From Octopus sinensis (taxonomy: Eukaryota), in assembly GCF_006345805.1 (NCBI RefSeq), contig NW_021835814.1, positions 1 through 51,616 of the forward strand: a DNA stretch of 51,616 nt, read 5' to 3'. The position numbers were made by a program, and so were the translations under genes. Position 1 is the first letter of the stretch. Each line of letters opens with the position of its first letter. Positions 47,873-51,616 of the stretch are shown one piece after another. Under the pieces are notes generated by a model that was not told where the DNA came from, did not search any database, and saw only the letters and a list, made by a program, of their open reading frames with translations.

Positions 47873-48029
47873 GAATAGACATAATACATAGGTATCTTTA
47901 TTTGTCTGGATATAAATTTAGCCATAAGTACGAAACTTGCACTTTACCCTGTCTACATACAGCTGCACACACACACACACATACATACATTCATACATAC
48001 ATACAGACAGACAGACAGGCAGACAGTTA

Positions 48030-48218
48030 GCTCCTACACGCATTTTTTTCTCTCTCCTTGTTTCTCTCCGTGTTTCTTTTCTGTGTATCTTTCTGTCGAA
48101 GAGCGTAGGCTCGAAACGTAAAAGACTTGTTCTATTTCTATTCCTGAGTGCCATACTAATACGTTATTTCTTTGTACTCCACCTGCCTTCGTATTTTGTT
48201 TATTTTCGTAAACCTTCC

Positions 48219-48220
<2 letters not shown>
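48030..48220 (+). mobile_element. Penelope-like terminal repeat, second subfamily, with hammerhead-like motif (48088-48125)
   Basis: tcttt-CTGTCGA-a-gagc-gtag-gctc-GAAA-cg-ta-aaaga followed by ttcctgagtgcc..taatac, similar to the sequence after the 15109 motif. Confidence 0.6.
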
Positions 48221-48254
<34 letters not shown>

Positions 48255-49062
48255 ACATATTTATGATCCGGAGATGTGGGCTCCAACCATGGAATGATCT
48301 CATACTTCTCCAAATTTCAAGAGCTAGCGATCGGCAAAGAAATTCATAGAGACGGTATATTAGGATGAATGAGGGGGTGAATGAGGGGAAGAGATACCAT
48401 TTCATTTTCTAAACCGTGGCAACGTGGAAAACACCGGGCGGTAGAAAGGGATACTGCAAACGATTCAAAGATATCGACACCATTAGGAAGAAGGCGTGGT
48501 CAAAATTTGTAAAAACAGCCCCCTATACATCATCGATGGCCATAAACATCAGATAATCAGAGAATTTGGGATTTTCAGCGGCCCCTAATTATGCGACAGT
48601 ATCTCAAGCCATTTAGAAGAAATTAATTAGGGTAAGGTGAATTTACGGCTGTTTCTGGGAAAACGCGGAGTAGCAGGTTAGCATGTCCGTGCACTGGTAA
48701 TTCCGTCAGCAGAGAAAAGTTATGACTATTTTAGATGTGGGAAATTTACAGTTTAGAAGGAATAAAATTTACAGTTTATAAGTTCTATAATAGAATAAAC
48801 CTAATGTTCGACCAACTATACCACTTACCCAGCGTACCAGTTCGTTTGAATCACAACTGAACTAAACAACTCATATATATATATATATAATCAAAAATAA
48901 GCATCAAGTATATCCGAGGTTGCTTATTTTTTATTGTAATCACCCCATGGATTTATATGGATAATACCATACCAAATTCTAGTGCATCTAAATTAAGTAC
49001 CATATTCATCTGAATGTAAATTTTGCTGAACTTATATATATATATACATATATATATATATA

Positions 49063-49592
49063 CAATAAGAGCCTTCCAAATAGGGAAGCGTTGTGCTAGA
49101 ACACAAAAAGGGATAAATTCATGAAAGGAATAAAAATTAAAACATTTACCATCTCAACTATATCCCAGACCGACGATTTCTAACTATTTCCAGCAAACAA
49201 ACAAAGTATATTTGCCAAGGCCAGTCCCTTCTGTGGGACAGCCTTTAAATTTCAGACATACAGACTGCTAGATCACATGTTGGACTAACGGTTTGTAAAT
49301 CCTAACTTTTCGAACCTCTGCGCAGACGCAAATCATACCTAGCGACAGAGAGAGGATGCCGGTAAAAAATTTACGAACACATTTAGCAAACAATATTTAA
49401 ACATAATAAAATTGGGTAATAATAAGAAACTGGCATTGGCAAATATATTTTGTTTGTTTGCTGAAAATAGTTAGAAACCGTCGGTCTGGGATATAGTTCA
49501 GATGGTAAATGTTTTAATTTTCATTCCTTTCAAGAATTTATCCTTTTTTGTGGTTCTAGCACTACGCTTCCTTATTTAGAACCTTTTTATTG
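49063..49592. mobile_element. Foldback/MITE with ~165-bp inverted arms, flanked by TA
   Basis: 49061-49225 aligns to the reverse complement of 49429-49594 with scattered mismatches. Both ends read TA-CAATA. Confidence 0.88.
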
Positions 49593-49715
49593 TATTTCTA
49601 TATGAATAATACATAGTCTAATGACTAATCCGTCTTTTGTGCTAGGTCACTGGTAGTAATAATTTATCTTTTATTACCCTTTTTTATTCTGTTTAGTGGT
49701 CAGTCCTCAAAATTT

Positions 49716-49751
<36 letters not shown>

Positions 49752-50597
49752 TATATATAGATAGATATATAGAAAGATACATATCATATATCTATCTAGA
49801 TATATATATATAGATAGATTCATGACATGTATTATCAAACAGAGACACAATCGCGCATGCACATGTACTCCTATAGATTTGTGTGCGTGTGTGTGTGGCA
49901 TTTTGTAAGCTACTTAATCTCACGCCATTAGTTTCATGGCGTATTCAAAGCCACAGAACAACCTCTCCACCCACGGCACTGCGCCACCGCTCTATTTTAA
50001 CCATTTTCCACATAATTCCAATCTCACCTCCTCAGTGATACTCAAATCATGTTTATTAAACATTTTCCATATAATTTCACCTGTATATTAATTCATAAAA
50101 TATATTATCACATTATTTCTTCCTTTTCCTATGTTTTCTTGTCTCGTCTTTGTATCATGTAGACATCTCGTTTGCCTCGATGGTCACAGTACTTTTACGA
50201 GATTTCTTCTTTAATTTTCTCTTTACTTTTTGTTTTCTAAATTCTTTTCTCGTTTTTCCAACTTCAACTACCACAATGAAGCAGACTTGGAAAAGTTCAA
50301 CAAATTGCTTGGAACTCCAAGAAGTCTCCCTCCCTTTCCCTCTGCCCCCCCCCCCATCCGTCTCAGTTTTTCTCTATTCTATCCCTCTATATTTTCTCTT
50401 TCTCTCTCTATTTCTGCCTCCCACTCTCTCTTTGCATATATATATATATAGACACACACACACACACATACATATATATATATCTATATATATATATATA
50501 TGTATATGTATGTATATAGATACACACACACACACATATCTATTATATATTATATATATCTATATGTATGTATGTTAATAATACACCCACACACACA

Positions 50598-50643
<46 letters not shown>

Positions 50644-51490
50644 TGTATATATATGCATGTATTTACGTATGTAAATATATATATATACATATATACATAT
50701 ATATATAATATGTATAATAATATATATATACACACACACGCACTTACATATGTATGTAAATATAGATATATATGCATATATATATGTATATATATATATA
50801 TATATATGCAGATATATATGCATATATGTGTATATATATATATACATGGACATATGCGTACATGATATGATATAGAAGAGTTACGTATTTGTGAGTTATA
50901 TAGGTATTTTTGGTCATGAATTAAAATACAACTGTCTGAAAGCAACTGAATTTCAATGGGAAATGGATATTTTGAAAGAATAAAAACACAAAACAACAAA
51001 AAAAAACAGGAAAAAAAACAAGAGTAGAAATTTCTAGAAAGCAGATACAAATAGCTAGCACGTTGCTATAAGTTTCAATATGGCGTTGATTCAATGGTGG
51101 GAACGTTGGAAATGGCGGTAGAAATTTTAACAATCGTAGACGCGATATATCATAATTGTAAGAAGACTCTTTTCAACCGACATCACACAGTACAAGATAA
51201 GTCTGACAACCAACAATGTTACAACATTCGAAAGAGAAGACAAGATGGCAGAAGTATATCGCGTGTCAAACGGTATAATGTAGCGAAGGCATTTGTTACA
51301 TCTGCTCATTAACATTTTTCATCTCATACTAAAATATGCTTACGATGACGTTGTTGTGTAGGCCTCAGGCCGTACACATTTTCATCTATCTGTTTCTCTG
51401 ACAGGCTGTCTGTCCGCTACTCTGTCTCTTTTCGTGTCTGTCTTCCATTCTATTTATCTAACTGCGCCTGTGTTCGCGATGCATACACTC

Positions 51491-51491
51491 G

Positions 51492-51563
<72 letters not shown>

Positions 51564-51569
51564 AATATG

Positions 51570-51616
<47 letters not shown>
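51491..51616. repeat. (TATC)n then (TA)n microsatellite
   Basis: Directly visible. Confidence 0.95.

Noticed and set aside
51094-51312. 72-aa ORF and caagATGGC (YY1-like) start
   Set aside because: Short, no domain, weak donor. Insufficient evidence.

Overview
AT-rich, repeat-saturated eukaryotic DNA, most likely an Octopus (cephalopod) intergenic or large-intron region. The organism call is inferred from the tRNA-derived SINE families and the very high microsatellite density. I find no intact protein-coding gene, and nearly all ORFs in the supplied track are microsatellite translations. Supported content: (1) dozens of tRNA-derived SINEs of at least three families, several with clean target-site duplications (TSDs) and nesting; (2) three decayed mariner copies (the DD34D spacing is visible in one) and one DD37D (maT-type) transposase remnant; (3) an RTE/BovB-like LINE remnant lacking its whole RT core; (4) two TA-flanked foldback MITEs; (5) two tandem Helentron-like non-autonomous elements; (6) four or five Penelope-like terminal repeats, each with a minimal hammerhead-ribozyme fold with a non-canonical core. 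The most interesting signals are the covarying non-canonical hammerheads, the combinatorial head/tail swapping among V-like SINEs, and recurrent SINE-into-SINE junctions at one site, one with a 45-bp duplication. A few non-repetitive islands may be decayed LRR-type genes or isolated exons, but this is weakly supported. Repeat boundaries given without a TSD or TIR are approximate.
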